Numbered from the stretch's first letter, positions 46,209-55,712 are shown. The stretch: DNA of 64,000 nucleotides from Candidatus Sulfomarinibacteraceae bacterium (GCA_963823345.1 CAWGLE010000013.1:65438-129437), one strand, 5' to 3'. Numbers and translations are program-made. Notes: generated by a model from the sequence alone, not told the origin.

Positions 46209-47153
46209 CTACTCCGTTTCGTCGGTTCCGGGTTCCTCGTCGTCGGTCCCGGTCATATCCGGCATGAAATTACCGATATTCCCCATCAGCCCCTGGAGCA
46301 TCGGCCCCACCGTGGCGTCGAACTCCTGCGACGTTTTGATCGTCTCGAGCTGGCCGACAAAGCCCTCGGCCATCGCGAGTCCGAACATCGCCTGGCCCTT
46401 GAGCTCCTGCACCTCTTCCGGCGTGAGCTCGTCGAGTCGGGCATGAGCCTCCGCCACCTTGGCCTGCCACTGTTCCGCCATCTCCGACGGCACCCAGCGG
46501 TTTTCGACCCGCGTCAAAGAGATCTCTTCGGGGTCCTCGCCGGCTGCGGTGACTCTGAGCCGGGCGGTGTCTCCGGCTTCCTCGAGGACCTCGATCTGCA
46601 GCGAGTCGAACAGAACGAACGGATCCTTGCCCTCCTCGGCCGGGATGGCATCCGCCTGGGCCATGATCTGAGCGCCGGTGCCCGCGAGATACGCCTGCCA
46701 GTCAATCGCGGCGAGGCCGGCGAGGGTCGAGATCTCGCTCCCGAAAAACGTCCGCACGACGGCCAACGTCGGGGTCATTTTGGCCTCGATGGCGGCGACG
46801 TCAGCACCGGTGTTCTGCACCGTTTCGCTCGCCAGGATGATGTCCTGTTTGGACTGGATCACGTCGATGAATTTAAGGGCGAGGGCCATCGAGCGGTCGT
46901 AGAGCTCGGGGTCCATCTTGGCCGCGAAGCTCGCGGTGAGCCCGCTGATGTCGGCGCGGTAGCTTTCGGGCAGAGCCTCCCAGATGATCTCCGGGTGGTT
47001 GTCGGCGAAGCCCTGGGCCACGGCCGTGATGGTGCCGTCCGGCGTGGACGGGAAGGCGGGCTGGGCAGCGACGATCTCGGTTTCCTGGGCGCAACCGAGT
47101 GCCACAACGCACACAAACACGGCGATCACGGGTCGGCGAAACATCGTCAGCAT
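46209..47153 (-). CDS. Lipoprotein, function unknown
   Basis: The ATG at 47153 has GGAGGTGA upstream and gives MLTMFRRPVIAVFVCVVALGCAQE, with a lipobox. The tail is acidic. The ORF track's 504-aa version reads through upstream repeats. Confidence 0.75.
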   Translation of the reverse strand: MLTMFRRPVIAVFVCVVALGCAQETEIVAAQPAFPSTPDGTITAVAQGFADNHPEIIWEALPESYRADISGLTASFAAKMDPELYDRSMALALKFIDVIQSKQDIILASETVQNTGADVAAIEAKMTPTLAVVRTFFGSEISTLAGLAAIDWQAYLAGTGAQIMAQADAIPAEEGKDPFVLFDSLQIEVLEEAGDTARLRVTAAGEDPEEISLTRVENRWVPSEMAEQWQAKVAEAHARLDELTPEEVQELKGQAMFGLAMAEGFVGQLETIKTSQEFDATVGPMLQGLMGNIGNFMPDMTGTDDEEPGTDETE

Positions 47154-47270
47154 TTTCGTCACCTCCAAGTAGGCGGAGATTATCGCACACAGTTGGCCGG
47201 GCCCGGTCGTCTGGCCTGTGGTCGGGTGTGCGGTACAGGTTTCTGGGAAGCAATTCAGGCCTCTTTGAGT

Positions 47271-47471
47271 GTCATCCCGAGGGAGCGAAGCGAGTCGAGG
47301 GATCTGGGGGGCGGCTACCGGAAGGGCCTCGACTGAAGCCACCGCCCAGATTCCTCCGCTCGCTCCCTTCGTTCGCTCGGTCGGAATGACAGCGACAAGG
47401 GCGCCCATCTGCTCGCTCGGTCGGAATGACAGCGACAAGGGCGCCCATCTGCTCGCTCGGTGGGAATGACC
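47271..47471. repeat. GTCATYCC..GAGCGA element: inverted copy plus 40-bp tandem repeats (about 2.5 units)
   Basis: 47271-47303, GTCATCCCGAGGGAGCGAAGCGAGTCGAGGGATC, faces its imperfect reverse complement at about 47349-47390. The tandem unit GCTCGCTCGGTCGGAATGACAGCGACAAGGGCGCCCATCT occurs at 47371-47410 (first base differs), at 47411-47450 (exact), and as a partial copy to 47471. Confidence 0.9.
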
Positions 47472-47536
47472 TCTGGCTGAAATGACCGTATCGGTCAGGG
47501 CAGGCTTTTCGCAGGTGGCTCTCTGGAAATCCAGCC

Positions 47537-47716
47537 TAACCCGCATTATTCGCGAGGATTCGTCGCGAGAGGCGCGAGGTGCAAGCGGGGTGGCGATTTC
47601 GCAAGATGAGGGAGCGGAGGCGTACTTGCAGTACGTCGAGCGAGCGAATCGAGAAAGCGCCGCCACGCGCAGCGGATCGCGCCTCGCAGTAGAAGACTCG
47701 AGAATAATGCGGGCTA
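47537..47716. other. Long imperfect hairpin (about 180 nt), candidate structured RNA or MITE-like element
   Basis: Outer arms: TAACCCGCATTATTC / GAATAATGCGGGCTA. Inner pairings: GAGGCGCG / CGCGCCTC. Apical perfect hairpin: CGTACT-TGC-AGTACG at 47621-47635. The arms align along most of their length when one is reverse-complemented. Confidence 0.7.
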
Positions 47717-47732
47717 ACGCCATTCCCAGCGG

Positions 47733-48797
47733 TCACCAGATATGGGGCGAGGCGTGATCCTGGCGGACGTAGACGTCGGTCCGCGGGCGGTCGACCTTGA
47801 CCTTGATGGTGTAGGCCCCGGGGAGATCGGGCGGCGGAATGATCGAGAGTTCGTAGTAACTCGAGATGACGCGGGTCAGCCTCGACATCGCCGCCTCGGG
47901 AAAGATGTGGGTCTGCACGTAGAAACCCCCGGTGTCCTCCGCGACCCGACGCAGTCCCACGGCCAGCGAGTGGGCGTCGGCGTGGGTGACGTCGAGTGAG
48001 AACACGGATGTCCGCGCATCTGAGAGTGCCTCCATCGCCCTCGGATAACTGTCGTCGATCGTGACGCGGGGACCGGCACTCATCTGACCGAGCCCATAGC
48101 CGAAAAAGACCAGGGACTTCGCGCCCGGGATCTCGTGGAGGCCCCTCCCGATCAGCTCGAGGGCGTCGGCCATCGTTGCGGCGTCACGCATCTCCCCGGG
48201 GGCGAGATGTGCGGCCAGGGAAGGACCGTCGGGGTCGGGCGGTTCGGTCCGGCCCTGGAGGATCTCGGTCGGGGTCAACAATTCGGCGACGGCCGGGTGG
48301 TTGCCGGTGAAATCCGCCCGAAGTTCGAGGTGGCTTCCGAACACCAGAACCGCCACCCGGTCCCCGGGCCCGAGGTTGGCGACAAACTCCGAGGCGCGCG
48401 GCGCCATCCGCACCAGGCCGACGGTTCGCGAAGAGTGAAGCCCGAAATCGATCTGGAACAGGATCACGATCAACCGGCCCTCGGCGGGGCGTGCGGCATC
48501 CTCCGGACTCGGCCCCGCTGCCGTCGCGGCGGAGCCGAGTTCTACCGCCTCGGAGGTCGCGGGGATCCACAGCACCGACTCCACCTCGGCCGGATCGCCG
48601 CTGATCGTGACCCGGAAGTCTTCGGGCCCGAGACCGAGCACGGGCGACCCGTCGTAGTCGACGACGCGTACCTCGGTGACGATCCGCCGGACCTCGATCG
48701 TGGAACCGAAGGGCGTCGGCACCGGTTCCTGGGCGGCGGCCGCCGCCGCGAACACTACCAGCGTTACGACGGCAATCCTGAGTCGCACGGGCTGCAT
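47733..48797 (-). CDS. Secreted VWFA-related protein (acidobacterial VWFA-type family)
   Basis: 354 aa with a signal peptide. Conserved blocks are shared with the next gene: EPxPTPFGxTxEVxRIxTEVRVVD, RLIVxxFQxD, SVFSLDxT, TGGxYxxT, SSYYELSIxPPPDL, VKVxRPxTxVYVRQ. Confidence 0.75.
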   Translation of the reverse strand: MQPVRLRIAVVTLVVFAAAAAAQEPVPTPFGSTIEVRRIVTEVRVVDYDGSPVLGLGPEDFRVTISGDPAEVESVLWIPATSEAVELGSAATAAGPSPEDAARPAEGRLIVILFQIDFGLHSSRTVGLVRMAPRASEFVANLGPGDRVAVLVFGSHLELRADFTGNHPAVAELLTPTEILQGRTEPPDPDGPSLAAHLAPGEMRDAATMADALELIGRGLHEIPGAKSLVFFGYGLGQMSAGPRVTIDDSYPRAMEALSDARTSVFSLDVTHADAHSLAVGLRRVAEDTGGFYVQTHIFPEAAMSRLTRVISSYYELSIIPPPDLPGAYTIKVKVDRPRTDVYVRQDHASPHIW

Positions 48798-48853
48798 GAT
48801 TGATTCTACGCAGACGTCCCGCCATGGTTCTGCAGCGTGTGAAAAGACCTGCC

Positions 48854-48891
48854 CGAAACTTTCACACGTTCAACGTTCTAACGTTCAACGG
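48854..48891. repeat. ACGTT-type 7-8 bp array
   Basis: CGAAACTTTCACACGTTCAACGTTCTAACGTTCAACGG, between the two VWFA paralogues. Confidence 0.8.
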
Positions 48892-48901
48892 CTTCGGCCG
48901 A

Positions 48902-49972
48902 TCACCACCTCGCGAGGTTGTTCTGGCGGACGTAGACCTCGGTTGCCGGGCGCTTGACCTCGACCTTGATTCCGTAATCTTCAGCCAGGTCGGGCGGCGG
49001 GACGATCGACAGCTCGTAGTAGCTGGTGATCATGCGGGTGAGCTTGTCGATGGCGGTGCCCGGGAAGCGGTTGGTCTTGATGTACAGACCGCCGGTGTCG
49101 GCGCTGATCCGCCGCAGACCGTGCTCGAGCGTGTGGTAGTCGGCGGTCGTGATGTCGAGCGAAAAGACCGACGCGCGGGCGGCTGCGAGCATCGCGACCG
49201 CCGGTCCATAGCGGTGCTTCTCGATGATCGGCTGGCCCACGTTGTACCGCCCCAGTCCCCACCCGAACAACACGACGGTCTTGGGGCCGGGGATCGGGAT
49301 CAGCGACCTGCCGATGATCTCGAGGGCACGGGTCAGGGTCGCCGCCTTGATGGCCATTGCGAAATCGAAGGTCTCGGCGAGCGACGGCGACGCGGGCGTG
49401 GGCGGGTCCATCCGGCCGTTGAGGATCTCCCTGGTGGTGAGCATGTTCGCCACCGCATCGTGGTCGGCGGTGAAGTCGGACCTGAGTTCGAGGTGCGATT
49501 CGAAAGCGAAGAGCGCGACCCGGTCGCGGGGACCCAGGTTCCGCACGAATGCAGCCGCCTCCGGGGCCATCCGGACCACTCCCTTGATCTTGTAGAGGTT
49601 GATGTCGGTCTGAAAGACGACCACGATCAGCCGCGGTTCGGCGAGAGGTTTCAAAGTTCCATCGCCGACGGTGATCGCCGAGGGCGGTAATTCAGACGTG
49701 GTTTCGCCCGACGTCGGGACCCACGACACCGACTCGACGGTCGCCGGCCGTCCATCGAGCCTGACGTGAAAATCTCCGGCCGCCAGCCCCCGGACCGGCT
49801 CGCCAGATCGATCCACGACGCGGACCTCGGTCAGAATCCGGGTTACCTCGACCGTGGCGCCGAACGGTGTCGGGGTCGGCTCCTGCGCGGTGGCGAAAAG
49901 GCCACCGAGAACGACCGCCAACGTCAAAGCTGCGGCCACGATGGCGGTTCGTCGGTCGGCCGGGGAAACCAT
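48902..49972 (-). CDS. Secreted VWFA-related protein, tandem paralogue
   Basis: 356 aa, colinear with 47733..48797 and sharing the same conserved blocks. Confidence 0.75.
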   Translation of the reverse strand: MVSPADRRTAIVAAALTLAVVLGGLFATAQEPTPTPFGATVEVTRILTEVRVVDRSGEPVRGLAAGDFHVRLDGRPATVESVSWVPTSGETTSELPPSAITVGDGTLKPLAEPRLIVVVFQTDINLYKIKGVVRMAPEAAAFVRNLGPRDRVALFAFESHLELRSDFTADHDAVANMLTTREILNGRMDPPTPASPSLAETFDFAMAIKAATLTRALEIIGRSLIPIPGPKTVVLFGWGLGRYNVGQPIIEKHRYGPAVAMLAAARASVFSLDITTADYHTLEHGLRRISADTGGLYIKTNRFPGTAIDKLTRMITSYYELSIVPPPDLAEDYGIKVEVKRPATEVYVRQNNLARW

Positions 49973-50022
49973 GCGTGATTGTACGCCGCCGTTCCGAAAC
50001 GGTTCCGGATACAGGTATATCC

Positions 50023-50175
50023 GAGGTGCAGCCGGGACGGCCGCACCACACGTCGCTCGGCTTCGGTCTCGCGGTGAAGGGTTTGTAGGAAAGCCGTCCC
50101 GGTCGCCGGGTTCCAGCCTCGCCCGTAAACGGCGAACGTTTCAACGTTCCGACGTTCTCACGTTGAAACGTTGAG
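50023..50175. repeat. Composite element: REP unit(s) plus ACGTTNNN octamer array
   Basis: GAGGTGCAGCCGGGACGGCCGCACCACACG at 50023-50052. A degenerate unit, AGCCGTCCCGGTCGCCGGG, lies at about 50090. The array GAACGTTTCAACGTTCCGACGTTCTCACGTTGAAACGTTGAG is at 50131-50175. Confidence 0.85.
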
Positions 50176-50181
50176 ATGTCA

Positions 50182-53100
50182 TCACCACGCTCCGGCCCTC
50201 GGGTCGTTCTCGAGGTCTTCGAGGAGCAGCTCCACCGCTCGTTGCAGCTGGGTGTCCCGGGTCGCCGATGCGTCCTCGGCCGGCGGCTGCCACACCAGGA
50301 CGTCGGGTTGGGCGCCGTTGTGTTCCATGTTGAGCCCGTTGGAGGCGACGTACCACCCCCGGCCCGGGAGCCGCACGGTCGAACCGTCGAGGGTCCTCGT
50401 GCCGCCGGTCGAAATCACGGCCCCGAAGGTCGGGGAACCGACGAGCGTGCCCCGTCCGAGCGTCTTGAAGGCGTGCGAGAAGATCTCGGCGTTGGAGTAG
50501 GAATCCTCGTTGCAGATCGTGACCGCAGGCCGGGTCCAGGCGGCGAGCGGCAGCCTGCTCTGCGGGTACGCCCGGATATCGGGATCGGCACCGCGCGGGA
50601 CTGTGAACGCGTGGCGCTGCACCATCAGCACGGCCATCAGGTAGTCGGTCGTCCACCCGCCGCCGTTGGAGCGCACGTCGATGAGGAGACCCTGCTTGCC
50701 GTCGGCGGCCGCGAACAGCATGCGTTCGAACTCCTCGAAGCTGGGGATGTCCATGCCCTGGATGTGGATGTACCCGAGGCGGCCGTTCGACCAACGGTCG
50801 GTGAGGGCTCGGCGCTGGCGGACCCATTCGTTGTAGCGGAGATCACGTTGCTCGAAATAGCTCACCGGCTCGACGACGACGGTGCGGTCGGCGCCGTCGG
50901 CGCCGCGGACCGTGACCGGCGTGCGTTCCCCGACCGTGTCGACGAACAGCTCGAAGATGTTGGTGGAGTCGCCGACCGCCACGCCGTTGACAGCGATCAG
51001 GCGTTCACCCGGTTGGATGGCGACGTCGGCGCGCCACGCCGGGGAGTCGGGCAGGACCTCGAGGACCGACACACCGGGCCCTCCGGCCGACGGGTCGAAG
51101 GTGACGCCTATCCAGCCCGTGCTGTCGCCGGAGGCGGTCGCTCTTCCGCGGGTGCCCGGGGGGTAATAACCCATGTGCGAGGCGTTGAGCTCGCCGAGCA
51201 TGAGGTTCACGATGTCCGCGAAGTCCGCCTTGGTCGAGGCCTCAAGCGCCCACGGCCGGTACTTCACCCGTTGTGCGGGCCAGTCGACGCCGTGAAAACC
51301 CGGGTCGTAGAAGTTCTCGTTGAGGGCGCGCCACGCCTCGTCGAAAACGGCCGCGCGTTCGAGGCGGTTGTCGACCACGTATCGCGCCTTGAAGGGGATG
51401 GGGTCGCCTGGCTTGCCGTCGACCGCGATGCGTTTGATGCGGCCCTTGCCGTCGAGAAAGAAGATCGTCTTGCCCTTGGAGTCGAACACGAACTGCTCGG
51501 GCTCGGTGCCTTCCTTGGTGAGCCGTTCGAGGCTCTCGCCGTCCCACCGCACGCTGTAGAGGTCTTCTTCGCCTTCGTGCTCGGCGGTGAAGATGATCGT
51601 CTTGCCGTCGGGGCTGACCCGCGCCGCGCCCTCGTCGCCCTTGAGGTCGGTGATCCGGTGCACCCGCTCCCACAGCCGTTCGAAATCGATCGAGACCTTC
51701 GGCGCCGCGGTTTTCTCGTCTTCGTCGTCGGACTCGTCGTCGTCATCCTTGCCCTTCGGCTTCTTCTTGTCGCCGCCCTTTTCGTTCCACAGCTTGAGCC
51801 ACTGCGCGGCCGTTCTCTCGTTGTCAGCGCGGGTCAGCCACACCCCCCAGACGTCGAAGGTGTTGTCGGCGCGCTTCGCGGTCCACACGAGACGGCGCCC
51901 GTCAGGCGACCACCGGGGGGCGATATCGTCGTCGGGATGGCGGCTGACGTTGTAGCGCTCGCCGCCCGCCGACGGGATGATCCAGACTTCAGAGTTGAAG
52001 TGCTCGTCGGTTGACGAGTAGGCGATCCAGGCGCCGTCGGGAGACCACTCGTAGTTCGGCGCATCCCAGTGATCGAGGATCAAAGATTCGGAGCCCCCAT
52101 TGATCGGACGCACCACGAGCGCGCCGAGTCCGCGGACAAAGGCGATCCTCTCGCCGTCCGGCGAAAACGTCGCGGCGTACTCTTCGGCCGGTTGATCGGT
52201 GACGCGGGTGAGCTCGAACTCGAACGCCTCGACCCACGGCGTGCTCTCGAGCCTGGGGCGGGCGAGATAGATGTCGTCGTTCCCGTTGACCGCTGATGAG
52301 AAGAGAAGGGATTTTCCGTCCGGCGACCAGCTCAGGTCGCGTTCGCGCTCGGGGCTGGTGGTAACTCTCGCGGTCGGAGGCTTGGCGATCTCCTGATCGT
52401 CCTTGTCGACGATCGCGGTGACAAAGATGTCGCCGTGGACGATGAACGCCGCGAGTTTGCCGTTGGGGCTGACGGCGAGCTCGTCGGCGCCGTCGGTCGC
52501 AGTCACCCTTTGGATGGGGTTGTTGACCTGGTCGGCCGGCACCTGGATCGACAGGCGGGTGGAGTCGCCGCCGCCGGGGGCCACCGTCCAGATGCCGTCC
52601 TCGAACTCGTAGGCGATGACGCTGCCGTCCGCCGCGGCGCGTGGAAAACGCACCGCCGAGCCCTCGTGGAACGTGAGCTGGGTCGCCGTCTTCGCTGCGA
52701 CGTCGAGACGGTAGACGTTCTTGCGCCCGTTTCGGGATGACAGGAAGGCGATGTTTCCGCCGTCGATCCAGGTCGGACAGTCGTCGGTGCCGTCGAAGTC
52801 CGTCAAGCGCGTGTACTCGTCGGCAGCCGTCCTCAGCCACAGGTCGCGGCTCGCCGATCCACGGTAACCGCGACGGGTCCACTTGGTCTGGCCGCGCACG
52901 AAGACCAGCGCCTCGCCGTCCGGCGAGAATGCGGCCGCCTCACCGAAGGCCTCCTGAGCCAGGGCCGGCGTGCCGCTGGTCAGCGGCACGGTCCACAGCT
53001 GAGTGCCCCACTTGACGCTCTGGGCGCGGTTGCTGGTGAACAGGACGGCGCGGCCGTCCGGGGTGAAATCGTCGGGCAGGTCGGGCGTCGAGGCGAAGGT

Positions 53101-53415
53101 CAGGCGCGTGGGCTCTGCGCTGCCGTCGACGGGCATCACGAACACGTCATCGTTGCCGAAGCGGTTGGAGGCGAAGGCGAGCGAACGGCCGTCTGAGGAC
53201 CACACCGGAAAACGTTCGGTGGCGGGGTTGGCGGTGATCCGCCGCGCCTCGCCGCCGGCCGCCGGAACCAGCCACAGGTCTCCCTGCCAGGAAAAGGCGA
53301 TCAGGGTTCCGTCGGGCGACGGCGCCGGGTGGCGGGGCAGCGGCGCCTCGACTGCTGAAGCGGTTGCGCACACCAAGAAAGCGATGATGGTTGCGGCTGC
53401 CGAGCGACGAAACAT
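50182..53415 (-). CDS. Tricorn-protease-like secreted peptidase (beta-propellers + PDZ + S41 domain)
   Basis: Repeated TolB-like PSPDG/FSPDG/WSPDG blades. The C-terminal S41 block is GYIHIQGM...LLIDVRSNGGGW. The ATG at 53415 (MFRRSAAATIIAFLVCATASA) has GGAGGGG upstream. An alternative ATG lies at 53427. Confidence 0.85.
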   Translation of the reverse strand: MFRRSAAATIIAFLVCATASAVEAPLPRHPAPSPDGTLIAFSWQGDLWLVPAAGGEARRITANPATERFPVWSSDGRSLAFASNRFGNDDVFVMPVDGSAEPTRLTFASTPDLPDDFTPDGRAVLFTSNRAQSVKWGTQLWTVPLTSGTPALAQEAFGEAAAFSPDGEALVFVRGQTKWTRRGYRGSASRDLWLRTAADEYTRLTDFDGTDDCPTWIDGGNIAFLSSRNGRKNVYRLDVAAKTATQLTFHEGSAVRFPRAAADGSVIAYEFEDGIWTVAPGGGDSTRLSIQVPADQVNNPIQRVTATDGADELAVSPNGKLAAFIVHGDIFVTAIVDKDDQEIAKPPTARVTTSPERERDLSWSPDGKSLLFSSAVNGNDDIYLARPRLESTPWVEAFEFELTRVTDQPAEEYAATFSPDGERIAFVRGLGALVVRPINGGSESLILDHWDAPNYEWSPDGAWIAYSSTDEHFNSEVWIIPSAGGERYNVSRHPDDDIAPRWSPDGRRLVWTAKRADNTFDVWGVWLTRADNERTAAQWLKLWNEKGGDKKKPKGKDDDDESDDEDEKTAAPKVSIDFERLWERVHRITDLKGDEGAARVSPDGKTIIFTAEHEGEEDLYSVRWDGESLERLTKEGTEPEQFVFDSKGKTIFFLDGKGRIKRIAVDGKPGDPIPFKARYVVDNRLERAAVFDEAWRALNENFYDPGFHGVDWPAQRVKYRPWALEASTKADFADIVNLMLGELNASHMGYYPPGTRGRATASGDSTGWIGVTFDPSAGGPGVSVLEVLPDSPAWRADVAIQPGERLIAVNGVAVGDSTNIFELFVDTVGERTPVTVRGADGADRTVVVEPVSYFEQRDLRYNEWVRQRRALTDRWSNGRLGYIHIQGMDIPSFEEFERMLFAAADGKQGLLIDVRSNGGGWTTDYLMAVLMVQRHAFTVPRGADPDIRAYPQSRLPLAAWTRPAVTICNEDSYSNAEIFSHAFKTLGRGTLVGSPTFGAVISTGGTRTLDGSTVRLPGRGWYVASNGLNMEHNGAQPDVLVWQPPAEDASATRDTQLQRAVELLLEDLENDPRAGAW

Positions 53416-53532
53416 GGACCCCTCCATCCTTGATTTGAATCGCTTGTCTCGAAATCCCGTGCCGTTCCCACCGGGTCTCGAGACGCCCGCGCGAGCATAG
53501 CAGAAGCCGCCGTGTTAACCTGACCGCCGATC

Positions 53533-54912
53533 GTGGAGAACCGTTACACGAAACTCTGGCTGCCGCGGGTTGGATGGTCGGTGATCGCCCTCCTGCTGGT
53601 CTTCTTCATCTGGGGTCTGAGGCACCGGTCACAGCTCGAAATGAAGGGCCAGAAGGCGGTCCAGATGTTGTTCGTGCCGTCGGTGGAGCAGGGCACCCTG
53701 GTCCGGCGCGGCGACGAGCTCGCGCGGTTTGTCCGCGCCGACAGCGGCATCACCCTCCGCTCGCAGGTTCCCACCAGCTACGCCGCGGTGATCCAGGCCC
53801 TGGGGGCGGGGCAGGCCGATGTCGCGTGGATCCCGGCCTTCGCCTATGTTCTCGCCAACGCGCGGTACGGCGCCGAAGCCCGGCTGCAGGTCGTGCGGTC
53901 GGTGGATCGGTACTCGATCGTCATCACACGATCCGGTGCGGGCGAGCCGCAGCGGCTCGAAAACCTGGTCGACAAGCGGATCGCCGTGCCGGCCTCCATC
54001 AGCGGACGTTTGCGCGCCGCTCTTGTCGAGCTGCTGGACGCGCATGCGCCCGGCTGGGTCGAGGTCCCGGTGGGCAGCGACCGGGAAGCCGTGTGGCTGT
54101 TGGTGAAAGACCGGTCCGTGGATGCCGCGGCCAGCCGTTACGTCTATTCGGGACCTCACGATCTGGTGGGCGACGGGCGCAAGGAGCTCGAGTACGACAG
54201 GCCCGGGACCCTTCTCGAAACCCGGGTCATCCACACCAGCGAACAGTCCCAGCCCGAGCTTTCCAGCGTCTACTTCGGGTGTGTCATGAGCCGCACCGAT
54301 TCCGGCGTCAGCCGTCTCGAAGACCTCAACGGCGGCACCTTCGCCTTTTCGGACGAGACTTCCACCTCGGGTCATATTTTCGCGCGGGCGCTGCTGCAGC
54401 GATCCGGCGTGGCGCTCGGCCACGTGTTGTTTGCCGGCGGCCACCCGAACGTCGTGCAGGCGGTCCGGGACGGCAAGGTGGCGGGCGGTTCGGCCTTCTA
54501 CTCGCCGCCGTCGGAGGCCAACCTCCGGGACGGCACGCTGGTGGGCGACGCCCGCTTTTTGATCCTCAAAAACATGGCGACCCAGTCCGAACGCGAGCAG
54601 CTTCTCGACGAGGTTCGCATTCTCGCTCTGACCGACCCGATCCCGAACGACGTGTGCTGCGTGCGGCGGGGTTTCCCCGAGGCCGTGTGGCAACAGTTCG
54701 AGGCCTCCCTGCAGCGCTTCCTCGAGACCCCCGACGGACGCGGCGCGTACTACGACCTGGTGGCCGGGGTCGCTGCGTCGCCCTGCGACGACGGCGACTT
54801 CGACGACTTCCGTGCGGCGCTGACCGATGCCGGGGTGAGCGCGTCGGCCCTGCTCGACGCCGCCGAGGCGAGGTTGGAGAAGGAGCGGGCGCGCACGAGT
54901 GGTGGCTCGTGA
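53533..54912 (+). CDS. phnD: PhnD-type phosphonate/phosphite ABC substrate-binding protein, membrane-anchored and unusually long
   Basis: GTG start. N-terminal TM helix: VGWSVIALLLVFFIWGL. PhnD-like blocks: SYAAVIQALGAGQADVAWIP and FAFSDETSTSGHIFARALL. At 459 aa it is longer than the roughly 300-340 aa I remember for PhnD. Confidence 0.7.
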   Translation: MENRYTKLWLPRVGWSVIALLLVFFIWGLRHRSQLEMKGQKAVQMLFVPSVEQGTLVRRGDELARFVRADSGITLRSQVPTSYAAVIQALGAGQADVAWIPAFAYVLANARYGAEARLQVVRSVDRYSIVITRSGAGEPQRLENLVDKRIAVPASISGRLRAALVELLDAHAPGWVEVPVGSDREAVWLLVKDRSVDAAASRYVYSGPHDLVGDGRKELEYDRPGTLLETRVIHTSEQSQPELSSVYFGCVMSRTDSGVSRLEDLNGGTFAFSDETSTSGHIFARALLQRSGVALGHVLFAGGHPNVVQAVRDGKVAGGSAFYSPPSEANLRDGTLVGDARFLILKNMATQSEREQLLDEVRILALTDPIPNDVCCVRRGFPEAVWQQFEASLQRFLETPDGRGAYYDLVAGVAASPCDDGDFDDFRAALTDAGVSASALLDAAEARLEKERARTSGGS

Positions 54913-55712
54913 GCGGCGCACCCGCACCCGCACCGTCGCCCGCGATCGCCGTCCGCGTTGAAAAACTGGGGATGGTCTACCCGGGTGGGATCCGCGCCCT
55001 CGAGGGCGTCGACCTCGAGGTCAGGGAAGGCGAGTTTCTGGCCGTGCTCGGCCTCTCGGGTTCCGGCAAATCGACCCTTCTGCGGTGTATCAACCGGCTC
55101 ATCAACCCCACCGAAGGCAGGGTGTGGATCTTCGGCGACGAGATCACCGCCCTGAGCGGAGGCGATCTGCGCGGCGTGCGCCGCCGGGTCGCGATGATCT
55201 TCCAGCAGTTCAACCTGGTGCGCCGACACACGGTGCTTGCAAACGTGCTGTCGGGTTCGCTGGGCCGCGCCCGCCTGCTGCCGAGCCTGATGCTGACTTT
55301 CCCTCAGTCGGAACGGGATCGCGCCCTGGCCAATCTCGCGAGGGTGGGTCTCGAGGACCGGGCGGGCAGCCGGGCTGACGCCCTTTCCGGCGGCCAGCAA
55401 CAGCGGGTCGCGGTGGCCCGCGCGCTGATGCAGGAGCCGCGTCTGATCCTGGCCGACGAACCGGTGGCTTCGCTCGACCCCGCGCTCCGCCATTCGGTGA
55501 TGCGCCACATCGAGGCCCTCAACCGCGAGGAGGGGCTGACCGTGATCTGCTCGCTGCACGACATCGACCTGGTGGAGCGTTACGCGACCCGGTTGGTCGC
55601 GCTGCGCGCCGGCGCCGTGGTCTGGGAGGGTCTGCCGGACCAGTTCGACCGCACCACCTTCAAAGAGATCTACGGCGAGGACGCGGAACCGGCGTCCAAC
55701 ACGGGGTTCTGA
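54909..55712 (+). CDS. phnC: Phosphonate ABC transporter ATP-binding protein
   Basis: The GTG at 54909 overlaps the phnD stop as GTGA. Motifs: GLSGSGKSTLLRCINRL, LSGGQQQRVAVARAL, ILADEPVASLD. Confidence 0.85.
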   Translation: MSGAPAPAPSPAIAVRVEKLGMVYPGGIRALEGVDLEVREGEFLAVLGLSGSGKSTLLRCINRLINPTEGRVWIFGDEITALSGGDLRGVRRRVAMIFQQFNLVRRHTVLANVLSGSLGRARLLPSLMLTFPQSERDRALANLARVGLEDRAGSRADALSGGQQQRVAVARALMQEPRLILADEPVASLDPALRHSVMRHIEALNREEGLTVICSLHDIDLVERYATRLVALRAGAVVWEGLPDQFDRTTFKEIYGEDAEPASNTGF

